64,000 nucleotides of DNA from Variovorax sp. (GCA_031376455.1 JANMDU010000058.1:45388-109387); one strand, 5' to 3'; counted from the stretch's first letter, positions 9,072-19,581 are shown. The notes: generated by a model not told the origin, from the sequence alone. Numbers and translations: made by a program.

Positions 9072-9920
9072 ATGACCACTCCCACAGCTGCTGAGGCAAG
9101 CAATATCGTCCTCAATGTCAACGGCATTGAGGTGATCTACAACCACGTGATCTTGGTGCTCAAGGGCGTGTCGCTGCAAGTGCCGCAGAGCTCGATTGTG
9201 GCGCTGCTCGGCGGCAATGGCGCGGGCAAGACGACGACCTTGCGCGCTGTATCTAACCTTCTCTCCGGCGAGCGAGGCGCAGTCACCAAGGGCAGCATTG
9301 AGCTGCGAGGCGAGCGCATTGAAAATCTCACGCCGGCGGATTTGGTCAAGCGCGGCGTGGTGCAGGTGATGGAAGGGCGGCATTGTTTTGCTCACCTCAC
9401 GATTGAAGAGAATTTGCTCACCGGCGCTTACACCGTGAAAAACAAAGCGCAGATTGCCGCAAATTTGGAGAAGGTCTACAACTACTTTCCGCGCTTGAAG
9501 ACGCGCCGCACTAGCCAAGCGGCCTACACCTCTGGCGGCGAGCAACAAATGTGTGCGATTGGCCGCGCGCTGATGGCCAATCCAACGATGGTGCTTCTCG
9601 ATGAGCCATCGATGGGTCTGGCGCCGCAGATCGTGGAAGAGGTGTTCAACATCGTGAAAGATTTGAACCAAAAAGAAAAGACGACTTTTCTTCTTGCCGA
9701 GCAAAACACCAACATGGCACTGCGCTACTCGGATTACGGCTACATCTTGGAATCCGGCCGCATCGTGATGGACGGTAAAGCTGCCGATCTCGCGTCGAAT
9801 GAAGATGTGAAAGAGTTCTACCTGGGTGTGGGCAAATCGGCTGATGGCGAAGAAGCTGGTAGCCGCAAGAGCTTCAAAGATGGCAAGAGCTACAAGCGCA
9901 GGAAGCGTTGGTTGGCGTAG
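9072..9920 (+). CDS. ABC transporter ATP-binding protein, LivF-like
   Basis: GGNGAGKTT, SGGEQQM, LLDEPSMGLAP. Confidence 0.93.
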   Translation: MTTPTAAEASNIVLNVNGIEVIYNHVILVLKGVSLQVPQSSIVALLGGNGAGKTTTLRAVSNLLSGERGAVTKGSIELRGERIENLTPADLVKRGVVQVMEGRHCFAHLTIEENLLTGAYTVKNKAQIAANLEKVYNYFPRLKTRRTSQAAYTSGGEQQMCAIGRALMANPTMVLLDEPSMGLAPQIVEEVFNIVKDLNQKEKTTFLLAEQNTNMALRYSDYGYILESGRIVMDGKAADLASNEDVKEFYLGVGKSADGEEAGSRKSFKDGKSYKRRKRWLA

Positions 9921-9932
9921 TGTCCAACAAAC

Positions 9933-10000
9933 AAGATTTTTAAACGAAATGAGTAGTTAGCCGGCGTATCTGCTGCGCAAATTGCTATTAAATTTATAGT
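9933..10000 (+). repeat. Family-1 element, intergenic
   Basis: gtagttagccggcgtatctgctgcgcaaattgctattaaatttatagt. Confidence 0.85.
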
Positions 10001-10027
10001 GAATAAGATGATCGCAGGAGTGATGCA

Positions 10028-11308
10028 ATGACGGACTTTTTTGACGCACTGGAGGCGCGAAGCTCCATGGAGCGCGAAGCTGCACTCATGGCCGCGCTGC
10101 ATACACAAATTGCACATGCGCAAAAGCACACTGCTGCTTTCGCTGAGATTTTGAAGGGCGTGGATGCTGCTGCAATCACCAGTCGCACGGCGCTCGCCAA
10201 GCTGCCGGTGACGCGCAAAACGCAATTGCAAGAACGCCAAAAAGCAGCGCACTCTGCAGGCAGTGATGTGTTTGGCGGCTTCTCTAGCCTCATACGCAAG
10301 AGCGGCTCTGGCAAGGATTCAGGCATGGGACGTATCTTTTCCAGCCCTGGCCCGATCTACGAGCCCGAAGGAAAGAGCGCAGACTATTGGCGCGCAGGCC
10401 GCGCCGTCTTCGCTGCGGGCTTTCGTGCAGGCGATCTGGCGCACAATGCATTTAGCTACCACATGACGCCTGGCGCCTACATGATGGAGAGCGGCGCACA
10501 CGCGGTGGGTTGCACTGTTTTCCCCGCTGGCACAGGGCAAACGGAGCAGCAATTGCAAGCCATGGCTGAGCTGCAACCTGATGGCTATTTAGGCACGCCG
10601 AGTTTCCTCAAAATCTTAGTGGAAAAAGCCCATGAAGCGAATCAAAAATTAAGCCTCAAAAAAGGCTTGGTGAGCGGCGAGGCCTTCCCTCCCAGCTTGC
10701 GCGATTGGTTCACTGAGCGCGATATGCATATTTACCAGTGCTACGCCACAGCTGATCTCGGCTTGATTGCTTACGAGACTGCAGCCAGAGAAGGCTTGAT
10801 CCTCGATGAAGGCGTGATTGTGGAAATCGTGCGCCCAGGCACGGGCGATGTGGTGCCGGAAGGCGAAGTGGGCGAATTGGTCGTGACGTCGCTCAATCCC
10901 ATCTACCCGCTGATTCGTTTCGGCACCGGCGATTTATCCGCTGTGCTGCCCGGCACTTGTCCCACGGGCCGCACGAATACACGCATCAAAGGCTGGATGG
11001 GGCGCGCCGATCAAACCACCAAAATTCGCGGCATGTTTGTGCATCCGGCTCAGGTGGCCGAAGTCGTCAAGCGTTTCCCAGAAATCACGAGAGCCCGCCT
11101 TGTGGTCAGTGGCGAGATGGCCAATGATCAAATGCTGCTCAAAGTAGAAACAACCCATATAGGCAAGCTTGACAACACAGCTTTCCAAGAAAAAATCGCG
11201 CATGCACTGCGAGACGTTACTAAGCTTCGCAGCGATGTGCAGCTGCTACAAATCGGTAGCCTGCCCAACGACGGCAAGGTGATTGAGGATGTGCGGAGTT
11301 ATCAGTAG
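10028..11308 (+). CDS. Phenylacetate-CoA ligase family protein (PaaK-like)
   Basis: SSPGP, QCYATADLG, RFGTGD, GRAD motifs. Confidence 0.88.
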   Translation: MTDFFDALEARSSMEREAALMAALHTQIAHAQKHTAAFAEILKGVDAAAITSRTALAKLPVTRKTQLQERQKAAHSAGSDVFGGFSSLIRKSGSGKDSGMGRIFSSPGPIYEPEGKSADYWRAGRAVFAAGFRAGDLAHNAFSYHMTPGAYMMESGAHAVGCTVFPAGTGQTEQQLQAMAELQPDGYLGTPSFLKILVEKAHEANQKLSLKKGLVSGEAFPPSLRDWFTERDMHIYQCYATADLGLIAYETAAREGLILDEGVIVEIVRPGTGDVVPEGEVGELVVTSLNPIYPLIRFGTGDLSAVLPGTCPTGRTNTRIKGWMGRADQTTKIRGMFVHPAQVAEVVKRFPEITRARLVVSGEMANDQMLLKVETTHIGKLDNTAFQEKIAHALRDVTKLRSDVQLLQIGSLPNDGKVIEDVRSYQ

Positions 11309-11310
11309 TT

Positions 11311-11379
11311 GCTACTGATTTAATAGCGCTTTGCGCAGTGAATACGCCGGCAAACAGCCGAAAAGGCTTAAAAAATCAG
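11311..11379 (-). repeat. Family-1 element between convergent genes; overlaps the rhodanese stop
   Basis: Reverse complement: ggctgtttgccggcgtattcactgcgcaaagcgctattaaatcagtagc. Confidence 0.88.
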
Positions 11380-11921
11380 TTCAGAGCCATCCTGACGGGC
11401 GAATCACGCTCTAGCAACGCGCTCGTACGCACGCGGCTGCCGGCCATGCGAGAAGAGCTTGCAGGCGCATCAAAGGAAACGAGATACTGCGGTACGCGTG
11501 GGCGAGATACAGTCTCTGTCGTCAGTCCATGCCCGCGCAGAGTCCATTCTTGTACGCCGCCAACCAGCCAAAGGACGCGACCCGAAGTGACCACAGCGAG
11601 GCGCTCCCACAAAGCCTTCGCGTTCGCATCGCCTGCATCGCCCATCACGAGCACGGTGCGCGAGCTGTCAATGCCAGCGTTTGCTAGCAAAGCAGCCAAG
11701 TTTTGCAAAGGCAATGACGCGGCATCGGCGGGAAGCGATGCTGCCTGCGCTAAGTGACCTAGGGCAAACGCATCAGCGCCGCGCACATCCACCACATACG
11801 CGCCTTGCGCCACAGCGCTTTGCGCATCATCAGCAGACACGGCAGACTGCTGGCCAGCGTGAACCGGCGCGATCAGCAAAAATAAAAGAAAAGCAGCCCA
11901 GATCAAGCGAATATTTTTCAT
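11376..11921 (-). CDS. Exported rhodanese-like domain protein
   Basis: Signal peptide; VVDVRGADAFALGHL and LVGGVQEW rhodanese patterns. Confidence 0.75.
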   Translation of the reverse strand: MKNIRLIWAAFLLFLLIAPVHAGQQSAVSADDAQSAVAQGAYVVDVRGADAFALGHLAQAASLPADAASLPLQNLAALLANAGIDSSRTVLVMGDAGDANAKALWERLAVVTSGRVLWLVGGVQEWTLRGHGLTTETVSRPRVPQYLVSFDAPASSSRMAGSRVRTSALLERDSPVRMALN

Positions 11922-12128
11922 AAGAAAACAGACTTTAGAGGCAGGGCGACATGCCGTCCAATACAGAGTTGTCAGATGCTCATGGCTTAAAGATATAAAG
12001 CGATAAGCCCATGATTCATATGGGATTTCGGGTAAGTCCTAGGGCTTGAAGAGTGGTTAACACGTAGCCCAAATAGCGTTTTGCCGCGTTAATATGTTGC
12101 AAGTCTTTTTTATTTCTTGGAGAAACCT

Positions 12129-13130
12129 ATGACTCTGTTTAATCGCCGCCTTACCCTCGTCGCAGCTTGCGCGGCTGCTATGGCAGCCGCCATGCCCGCA
12201 ACTGCGCAAGATTTCCCGATCAAAGACAAGCCGATCACCATCGTGGTGCCGTTTGCAGCGGGCGGCCCGACCGATCGCGTCGCACGCGATTTGGCTTTTT
12301 CACTGGCGAAGCCTTTGGGTGCGACCGTGGTGGTCGACAACGCCGCTGGCGGCCCTGGCGGCTTGATTGGTGCGAGCAAAGTGGCCAAAGGCACGCCCGA
12401 TGGCCACATGCTACTCGTGCATCACATCTCGATGGGCGTCTTTCCATCGCTCGTGCGCAATTTGCCATTCAACGTGCAAACAGATTTTGAATATTTGGGC
12501 ATGATTAACGAAGTGCCCATGACTTTGATTGGCCGCACCAGCTTGCCCGCCAACAATTTTGCCGAGCTACGCACATGGGCCAATGCCAACAAAGGTAAGA
12601 TTAATTTGGCTAACGCTGGCATCGCCTCTGCATCGCATCTGTGCGGCATGCTCATTCAAACCGCCCTCGGGGTGGACATGACAACCGTGCCCTACAAAGG
12701 CACAGCGCCAGCGATGAATGATTTGCTGGGCGGCCAAGTGGATTTGATGTGTGATCAAACCACCAACACCTCTGGGCAAATTGAAGGCAAGAAAGTCAAA
12801 GCGTTCGGCGTGACGACCGCTAAGCGCTTGACTACGCCTGCTCTGAAAGACTTGCCAACGCTGCAAGAAGCCGGTTTGAAGGATTTCCAAGTCGGCATTT
12901 GGCATGGCCTGTATGCACCCAAAGGCACTCCGCCTGCCGTGCAGAAGAAAATCAACGATGCTTTGCAGATGGCTCTAAAAGATCCTGAGTTCATCAAAAA
13001 GCAAGAAGCACTTGGCGCGGTGATCTTCACAGACAAGCGCGTGGAAATGGCGGATCACAAGCGCTTTGTGGCCAGTGAAATTGCCAAATGGGCGCCAGTG
13101 ATCAAAGCCTCTGGTGTTTATGCAGACTAA
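12129..13130 (+). CDS. Bug/TctC tripartite tricarboxylate transporter substrate-binding protein
   Basis: [24 protein letters not shown]; GGAG SD before ATG 12129. Confidence 0.93.
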   Translation: MTLFNRRLTLVAACAAAMAAAMPATAQDFPIKDKPITIVVPFAAGGPTDRVARDLAFSLAKPLGATVVVDNAAGGPGGLIGASKVAKGTPDGHMLLVHHISMGVFPSLVRNLPFNVQTDFEYLGMINEVPMTLIGRTSLPANNFAELRTWANANKGKINLANAGIASASHLCGMLIQTALGVDMTTVPYKGTAPAMNDLLGGQVDLMCDQTTNTSGQIEGKKVKAFGVTTAKRLTTPALKDLPTLQEAGLKDFQVGIWHGLYAPKGTPPAVQKKINDALQMALKDPEFIKKQEALGAVIFTDKRVEMADHKRFVASEIAKWAPVIKASGVYAD

Positions 13131-13155
13131 TGCCTGCTGAATAGCGTTCATCATC

Positions 13156-13184
13156 AAAAGCCACCTCAGTCAGGTGGCTTTTTT
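13156..13184 (+). terminator. Rho-independent terminator
   Basis: AAAAGCCACCT-cagtc-AGGTGGCTTTTTT downstream of the Bug gene. Confidence 0.8.
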
Positions 13185-13345
13185 CATGGGCGGCGCGGGT
13201 GTTCACCGATGCGCGTGCGATTTGGCTGCGTAATACTTTGCAGCATGCCTACGCTGCGTCTTATCGATTCGATCACTGAATTATCTTTACAGGATGTGGG
13301 CAGCACATTGCTTAGTGACGATCACAAACACATCAGAGATTTATC

Positions 13346-14398
13346 ATGACACCAATTTTCTCATCATTTTTTAAGCAAAAGAGGCCTTTTGCCGGCATAT
13401 ATACTGCGTGGAATGCTACTATTTTCATAGCAGTTATTATGGCACTACAACTCGGCCTATCAATTACTGCCTTTGCGCAAGCGTGGCCCAGCAAGCCAGT
13501 GCGCATCGTTGTGCCCTTCGCAGCGGGCGGCACGACCGATATCTTGGCGCGAGCGATTGCGCCTGAATTACAAAGAGCTTTTGGGCAAGCCTTCGTCGTC
13601 GAAAACCGCGCTGGAGCGGGGGGCAATGTGGGCGCGGAGCTTGTCGCAAAGAGCAATGATGGCCACACGATCCTCATGGGCACGGTAGGAACGCACGGCA
13701 TCAACAAAGCACTTTATCCCAGCTTGCCCTTCGATCCTGTCAAAGATTTTTCTCCAATCACTGTGGTGGCCTATGTGCCCAATGTGATGGTGATGAATGC
13801 AGAGAAAGCGCGCACTTTGAATATCAACTCAGTACAAGATTTCATCAGGTACGCCAAAGCCAACCCCGGTAAGCTGAATATGGCCTCCAGCGGCAACGGC
13901 ACCTCGATTCACTTGGCTGGCGAGCTGTTCAAAAGCATGGGCGATGTGTTCATGGTGCATTTCCCGTATCGCGGCTCAGGCCCTGCCCTGCTGGATTTGA
14001 TGGGCGGCAGCATGGATTTGATGTTTGACAATTTGCCTTCCGCTTTGCCGCAGATCAAAGCAGGAAAATTGAAAGCCTTGGCTGTGACGAGCAGCGCTCG
14101 CTCGAGCGCTCTGCCCGATGCCCCCACGGTCGAACAAGCAGGTGGCGCGGCGATGAAGGGTTTTGAAGCCAGCAGTTGGTTTGGCTTGCTCGCGCCTTCA
14201 TCCATGCCGGCCGCTCAGGTGCAACGCTTGCAACAAGAAACCGCCAAGGCGCTGGATCGCGCTGAAGTCAAAGACAAACTCGTCGCCCAAGGCGCATTGC
14301 CCGGGGGAAATAGTCCCGCAGATTTTGCCAAACACATTGATGCAGAAATCGCCAAATGGGCGAAAGTAGTCAAGGCATCTGGCGCGAAGGTCGATTAA
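13346..14398 (+). CDS. Bug/TctC family substrate-binding protein
   Basis: [31 protein letters not shown]. Confidence 0.92.
   Translation: MTPIFSSFFKQKRPFAGIYTAWNATIFIAVIMALQLGLSITAFAQAWPSKPVRIVVPFAAGGTTDILARAIAPELQRAFGQAFVVENRAGAGGNVGAELVAKSNDGHTILMGTVGTHGINKALYPSLPFDPVKDFSPITVVAYVPNVMVMNAEKARTLNINSVQDFIRYAKANPGKLNMASSGNGTSIHLAGELFKSMGDVFMVHFPYRGSGPALLDLMGGSMDLMFDNLPSALPQIKAGKLKALAVTSSARSSALPDAPTVEQAGGAAMKGFEASSWFGLLAPSSMPAAQVQRLQQETAKALDRAEVKDKLVAQGALPGGNSPADFAKHIDAEIAKWAKVVKASGAKVD
13364..13431 (+). repeat. Family-1 element in the Bug N-terminus
   Basis: ggccttttgccggcatatatactgcgtggaatgctactattttcatagc. Confidence 0.75.
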
Positions 14399-14410
14399 AA
14401 CGAACCCTCT

Positions 14411-14716
14411 TCAAACACCCCAAGTGATGGGAGTTTTGGCTTTCGCGCTGCGTTCCATCAGCAGCACCAGCGGCCAAGCGCGGGTGCGCAGGCTGATGCG
14501 CTTATTGCCTTTTTCTTCGGGCTCATCTGAGGTTGCTCCCGAAGACTCTTCCGAGGCAATTGCTGCTTCAAGTGCGGCTTGAGCAGCCACCATTTGTTCG
14601 GGCAACAAAATTCCTTTGGCGTCAATGCCTTTGCCCATGATCTCCAAGACTTGTCGGCCTGTAGCCTCCAGCATGATCACATCGCCGCTGGCATCAGATT
14701 TGAATTTGTAGAGCAT
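14411..14716 (-). CDS. DUF1840 family protein
   Basis: MLYKFKS..GDVIML and ISLRTRAWPL pattern, recognised from memory. Confidence 0.78.
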   Translation of the reverse strand: MLYKFKSDASGDVIMLEATGRQVLEIMGKGIDAKGILLPEQMVAAQAALEAAIASEESSGATSDEPEEKGNKRISLRTRAWPLVLLMERSAKAKTPITWGV

Positions 14717-15405
14717 CAGACTTTACCTTTGTTGACTGGGGGCAGCTCATCGCCAAGCGAAACCGGGCGTGTGGCGGGGAATTCAGAAGCGCCAAAGCTG
14801 GAGTTGTTCACGGGTATCGTCTCAATAAATCCAGTGATCGGTGCGGCTACCTCCATGGCATCAGAGCCCGGCGCGCGGGGCTCTGGCGAAAGCGGCGCAT
14901 CCGTCTTGCGCTGCGACAGGGAAGCACGCAACTGATCGTAGGCTACAGCACGCGAACTGACCGTCTCAGGCCACCACGCTTGGCTGCTTGAAAGCTCATC
15001 ATGCGGGCAACCCGCATCGGGCAAGATGCGCCAGAGCACCGCTCGCACAGCGCGTGCTACATTCCTATCGTCCTCGCGAATGCGCTTGAGGACTTGCTGC
15101 TCAAATGCGCTGGATTGTGCCCAGAGCTGTTCATCCCAAACACGCAAGCTCACCTGTAATTGAAAGTAAGCATTATCGTCGTCCGCAATCGTGACGACCT
15201 CGTAGCTCAACCAGTGGACGGGAATACCAAAGAAGCTGGCTGTGCGAAATGCTGCTGCCCGCACGATCTCTCTGGCAGCTTTCACATTCTGGAGTTCGAC
15301 GTTGAGCGGTATCGGCTTGCCTTCCATGTCAAAGTAGCCTGTTGAAGGCGAGTCTGCATCAGCTTGATCAGGAGTTTTACCGAGGATTGTTTTAAGCCAG
15401 CTCAC
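14716..15405 (-). CDS. Hypothetical protein; probable GTG start at 15405 (ORF open to 15546)
   Basis: Long ORF with globular core and low-complexity tail; its TGA overlaps the DUF1840 ATG. Confidence 0.7.
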   Translation of the reverse strand: MSWLKTILGKTPDQADADSPSTGYFDMEGKPIPLNVELQNVKAAREIVRAAAFRTASFFGIPVHWLSYEVVTIADDDNAYFQLQVSLRVWDEQLWAQSSAFEQQVLKRIREDDRNVARAVRAVLWRILPDAGCPHDELSSSQAWWPETVSSRAVAYDQLRASLSQRKTDAPLSPEPRAPGSDAMEVAAPITGFIETIPVNNSSFGASEFPATRPVSLGDELPPVNKGKV

Positions 15406-15550
15406 TGTTTTTATCTCTGAGTTTTGATTTGATTGATTGTAGTGAAGGGAAAAATGGGCACAGTGACCGCTCAACCCAAAAATTGACCGCTGAGCGATTG
15501 GTCTTGACACGCCGTAGATCAGGGCAGCCGCCACATCGTTTGACAAAAGA

Positions 15551-15570
15551 ATAGTTTAGGTTTAAATTAT
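15551..15570. promoter_or_regulatory. Candidate MarR operator
   Basis: ATAGTTTA-ggtt-TAAATTAT (1 mismatch), 2 nt before the abmA ATG. Confidence 0.5.
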
Positions 15571-15572
15571 TC

Positions 15573-17990
15573 ATGATGTTTTCAAATTCCATTCCCCCGG
15601 CTCAGCTATCGATCTTGTGTATTGGCGGCGGTCCTAGCGGCTTGTATTTCGCACTGCTGATGAAGAAGCGTTTTCCCGCGATGCGCGTGATCGTGACCGA
15701 GAGAAATAAAGCGTTTGATACCTTTGGTTGGGGCGTGGTGCTCTCTGATCAGACGCTTGGGAATCTGAAAATCGCCGATCCCGTCAGCGCGCAGCTGATT
15801 GGCGATGCGTTTAACCACTGGGATGACATTGAGGTGTTTTTCAAAGGCCGTAGCATGCGCTCCACCGGTCATGGCTTCTGTGGGATTGGCAGAAAGCATT
15901 TGCTCAATATTTTGCAAGAGCGCTGCCAAGAATTAGGTGTGGAATTGGTGTTTGAAGTCGATGTGCAAGATGACCAAGCACTCGCCGCGCAATATGGCGC
16001 GGATCTCGTGATTGCGAGCGATGGCCTCAACAGCCGCATCAGAACACGTTATAGCGCTACCTACAAGCCAGATATTGACACACGCCGCTGCCGCTTCGTC
16101 TGGCTCGGCACGAAGAAAACCTTTGATGCGTTTACCTTTGCGTTTGAGAAAACAGAACACGGCTGGTTTGCCGCGCATGCTTATAAATTCAATGAAGACA
16201 CATCGACATTCATTGTGGAGACACCACACGAGGTGTGGAAGGCGCACGGCTTGGATACGATGGAGCAGCCCGAAGCCATCGCCTTTTGCGAGACATTGTT
16301 TGCCAAGTATTTAGACGGCAACGCGCTGATGAGCAACGCCACGCATCTGCGCGGCAGCGCGATCTGGATACAGTTTCCGCGCGTGGTGTGTAGCAATTGG
16401 GTACACACGGCTGATGTGCAAGGCAAGCACGTTCCCATCGTGCTCATGGGCGATGCAGCGCACACGGCGCACTTCTCGATTGGCTCGGGCACCAAGCTCG
16501 CGCTAGAAGATGCGATTGATCTGGCTGACGAGTTCGTTTTGCATGCCAGCTTAAAAGATAAATCAGGCGTTACCCGGCAAGAAATAAACGAAAGAAGCTA
16601 TGCTTTTGATAGTGAAGCGATTGCGCACATCCTGCAAGCCTATCAAGCACGCCGCAGCTTGGAGGTGTTGAAAATCCAAAACGCCGCGCGCAATTCCACA
16701 GAATGGTTTGAAAATGTGGAGCGCTATGCGGGCATGGAAGTCGAGCAGTTTTACTACAGCCTGCTCACGCGCAGCCAACGCATCAGCCACGACAACCTGC
16801 GTCTGCGCGATGGCAAATGGCTGCTGGGCTATGAGAGCTGGTTTGGCAAACGCCCGAATGCCAAGCATCCCGTGCTACCCATGCTCACACCTTACACATT
16901 GCGCCAGGTGCAGCTCAAAAATCGCATTGTCGTGAGCCCGATGGCGACTTACAGCGCAGTGGGCGGCGAGCTGCAAGATTTTCATTTGGTACACCTTGGC
17001 GCGCGAGCCCTCGGCGGCGCGGCGCTTGTGATGGTGGAGATGACATCGCCCACGATGGACGGAAGAATCACACCCGGCTGCCCGGTGCTGGAGACTGACG
17101 CGCAGCAAGCCGCACTCGCTCGCATCGCACAGTTTTTCAAAACTAATGGCACAGCCAAGCTCGGTTTGCAGCTCGGCCACAGCGGCCCCAAAGGCTCTAC
17201 GCAGCTCGGCTGGGAAACGACAGATGAGCCCTTAGCCAGCGACAACTGGCCACTGATCGCGGCCAGCGCTGTGCCGTATGGCGCGCAAAACCAAATCCCA
17301 AAAGCCATGACGCGCGCCGACATGGACCGTATCACCGCTGCTTTCGTAGCCAGCACGCATCGCGCAGAAGCAGCGGGTGTGGAATGGCTCGAATTGCATT
17401 GCGCCCACGGCTACCTGCTCTCCAGCTTCATTTGCCCGCTCACAAATCTGCGCAGCGATGAATACGGTGGCTCTCTGGACAATCGTTGCCGCTATCCACT
17501 CGAAGTGTTCAAAGCTGTCCGTGCCGTGTGGCCACAAGGTAAACCCGTCAGCGTGCGCATCTCCGCCCACGATTGGGCAGAGGGTGGCAACACCGATGCC
17601 GATGCTGTTGAAATCGCACGCCTGTTTCAAGCCGCTGGCGCAGACATGATCGACGTATCGAGCGGCCAAACCACGCGCGCTGCCAAGCCCATTTATGGCC
17701 GCATGTACCAAGCGCCCTTTGCAGATCGTATCCGCAACGAAGTGGGCATCGCCACGATTGCTGTGGGCGCGATCACCGAGGCCGATCATGCCAACAGCAT
17801 CATCGCCGCAGGCCGCGCTGATCTCTGCGCAATTGCCCGCCCGCATCTGGCTGACCCCGCCTGGACACTTCACGCCGCCGCACAGCAGCAAAGCCGAGAT
17901 GTGCAATGGCCATTGCCCTACATAAGTGGGCGCGATCAGCTGTATCGCGAGATGGCTAAAACCCGTTTGATTGATGCTACTGGTCGCTGA
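15573..17990 (+). CDS. abmA: Bifunctional 2-aminobenzoyl-CoA/salicylyl-CoA monooxygenase-reductase (FAD monooxygenase + Old Yellow Enzyme domain)
   Basis: GGGPSG FAD motif, GDAAHTAHFSIGSGTKLA; C-terminal NRIVVSPM, HCAHGYL OYE motifs; operon context. Confidence 0.88.
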   Translation: MMFSNSIPPAQLSILCIGGGPSGLYFALLMKKRFPAMRVIVTERNKAFDTFGWGVVLSDQTLGNLKIADPVSAQLIGDAFNHWDDIEVFFKGRSMRSTGHGFCGIGRKHLLNILQERCQELGVELVFEVDVQDDQALAAQYGADLVIASDGLNSRIRTRYSATYKPDIDTRRCRFVWLGTKKTFDAFTFAFEKTEHGWFAAHAYKFNEDTSTFIVETPHEVWKAHGLDTMEQPEAIAFCETLFAKYLDGNALMSNATHLRGSAIWIQFPRVVCSNWVHTADVQGKHVPIVLMGDAAHTAHFSIGSGTKLALEDAIDLADEFVLHASLKDKSGVTRQEINERSYAFDSEAIAHILQAYQARRSLEVLKIQNAARNSTEWFENVERYAGMEVEQFYYSLLTRSQRISHDNLRLRDGKWLLGYESWFGKRPNAKHPVLPMLTPYTLRQVQLKNRIVVSPMATYSAVGGELQDFHLVHLGARALGGAALVMVEMTSPTMDGRITPGCPVLETDAQQAALARIAQFFKTNGTAKLGLQLGHSGPKGSTQLGWETTDEPLASDNWPLIAASAVPYGAQNQIPKAMTRADMDRITAAFVASTHRAEAAGVEWLELHCAHGYLLSSFICPLTNLRSDEYGGSLDNRCRYPLEVFKAVRAVWPQGKPVSVRISAHDWAEGGNTDADAVEIARLFQAAGADMIDVSSGQTTRAAKPIYGRMYQAPFADRIRNEVGIATIAVGAITEADHANSIIAAGRADLCAIARPHLADPAWTLHAAAQQQSRDVQWPLPYISGRDQLYREMAKTRLIDATGR
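16546..16613 (+). repeat. Family-1 element (diverged), in-frame in abmA
   Basis: ggcgttacccggcaagaaataaacgaaagaagctatgcttttgatagt. Confidence 0.6.
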
Positions 17991-18000
17991 GCGCCACTTA

Positions 18001-18112
18001 GAACACGAAAGCCACGTAAATGACACGGAACACACAGAAGAAGAACGAAATGCATTTTTCTTTTCTCGGTTTTTTTTGTGATTTCCGTGCAACCTTCGTG
18101 CCTTCCGTGTTT
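18001..18112. repeat. Family-2 palindromic element (CACGGAA type)
   Basis: gaacacgaaagccacgtaaatgacacggaa...ttccgtgcaaccttcgtgccttccgtgtttc. Confidence 0.85.
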
Positions 18113-18132
18113 CCAATCTAAAAACGAAAATC

Positions 18133-18618
18133 ATGGACATCGAAACCCGACTTCATACCGACCATGCGCAAGAACTGCGCCTGTGGCTGCGCATGCTCAC
18201 CTGCACACAAATGATTGAGCGCAACATCCGAGCCGCTTTGCGTGAAAAATTCGACACCACGCTGCCACGCTTTGACTTGCTGGCACAGCTCGAGCGCGCG
18301 CCGCTCGGTCTCAAGATGAACGAGCTGTCGCGCCGCCTCATGGTCACAGGCGGCAACATCACGGGCATCACGGATCAGCTCGTACTAGAGGGCTTAGTCG
18401 AGCGCATGAATGTGCAAGGTGATCGCCGCGCTTATCTCGTGCGCCTTACACCTGCAGGCCGCGAGAGCTTTGCCCATATGGCTGCGGAACACGAACTTTG
18501 GATCACGCAAGCCTTCGATGGCTTAGGAAAAAAAGACATGGCGCAATTGCATAAATTACTGGGCAATGTCAAAGACAGCGCCATAGCGATGAACCTAATG
18601 GCTGACACATCCGCATAA
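18133..18618 (+). CDS. MarR family regulator
   Basis: [35 protein letters not shown]. Confidence 0.92.
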   Translation: MDIETRLHTDHAQELRLWLRMLTCTQMIERNIRAALREKFDTTLPRFDLLAQLERAPLGLKMNELSRRLMVTGGNITGITDQLVLEGLVERMNVQGDRRAYLVRLTPAGRESFAHMAAEHELWITQAFDGLGKKDMAQLHKLLGNVKDSAIAMNLMADTSA

Positions 18619-18623
18619 AAATC

Positions 18624-19478
18624 ATGAAGCATTACATCTCTGAAAAAAATCCAATGCGCGCGCAATTCTCGCCACAAGCCACCTATGCTGCACAGCATTT
18701 TTCGTATGCATTCGATTCGGCAATAGCAACCATCACGCTCAATCGCCCTGACAAAAAAAACCCGCTCACTTTTGACTCTTATGGCGAGCTTCGCGATTTG
18801 TTTCGTCATTTCGTTTATGCCACTGACGTGAAAGCTGTGGTGTTTACTGGCAGCGGCGGTAATTTTTGCAGTGGCGGCGATGTGCATGAAATCATCGGCC
18901 CGCTCACCAAGATGAGCATGCCAGAAATGCTTGAATTCACCCGTATGACAGGCGATTTGGTCAAAGCCATCAAAGCCTGCCCGCAGCCCGTGATCGCAGC
19001 CATTGATGGCATTTGCGCAGGCGCTGGCGCGATGATTGCACTCGCTGCTGATCTGCGCTTAGGAACGCCGAATGCCAAAACCGCTTTTCTTTTCACGCGC
19101 GTAGGCTTGGCCGGCGCCGACATGGGCGCATGCGCTTTGCTGCCGCGCATGATCGGCCAAGGCCGCGCCGCAGAATTACTCTTTACAGGCCGCGCCATGA
19201 CAGCGCAAGAAGGATTGAACTGGGGCTTTTTTAATGCGCTGCATGAAAGCGCAGATTTGAGCGGCGCTGCAAACAAGTTCGCCGCCCTGCTCGCCGAAGG
19301 CCCCACCTTTGCGCACGGCATGACGAAGGCGATGCTGCATCAAGAATGGGCGATGACGATTGATCAAGCCATTGAAGCGGAAGCGCAGGCGCAGGCGATT
19401 TGTATGCAGACAAGTGATTTCAAGCGCGCTTACGATGCTTTTGTGGCGAAGCAAAAGCCGGTCTTCGAGGGGGATTGA
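18624..19478 (+). CDS. Enoyl-CoA hydratase/isomerase family protein
   Basis: [13 protein letters not shown] crotonase motifs. Confidence 0.92.
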   Translation: MKHYISEKNPMRAQFSPQATYAAQHFSYAFDSAIATITLNRPDKKNPLTFDSYGELRDLFRHFVYATDVKAVVFTGSGGNFCSGGDVHEIIGPLTKMSMPEMLEFTRMTGDLVKAIKACPQPVIAAIDGICAGAGAMIALAADLRLGTPNAKTAFLFTRVGLAGADMGACALLPRMIGQGRAAELLFTGRAMTAQEGLNWGFFNALHESADLSGAANKFAALLAEGPTFAHGMTKAMLHQEWAMTIDQAIEAEAQAQAICMQTSDFKRAYDAFVAKQKPVFEGD

Positions 19479-19497
19479 CATGCGCAACTGTTATTTA

Positions 19498-19581
19498 GAA
19501 TGCAAAAGACGCGAAAAGAAAAAAGCGATGCTTGGTTTTCTCTTTTGCGGCTTTTGCGAAATTTCTGCGCCTTTTGCGTTC
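19498..19581. repeat. Family-2 palindromic element (CGCAAAA type)
   Basis: gaatgcaaaagacgcgaaaag...cttttgcggcttttgcgaaatttctgcgccttttgcgttc. Confidence 0.8.

Noticed and set aside
7617-9704. Long antisense ORFs (e.g. 7617-8744, 8775-9704, 17232-18140, 62394-63467)
   Set aside because: Shadow ORFs opposite well-supported genes, as expected from GC-rich codon bias.
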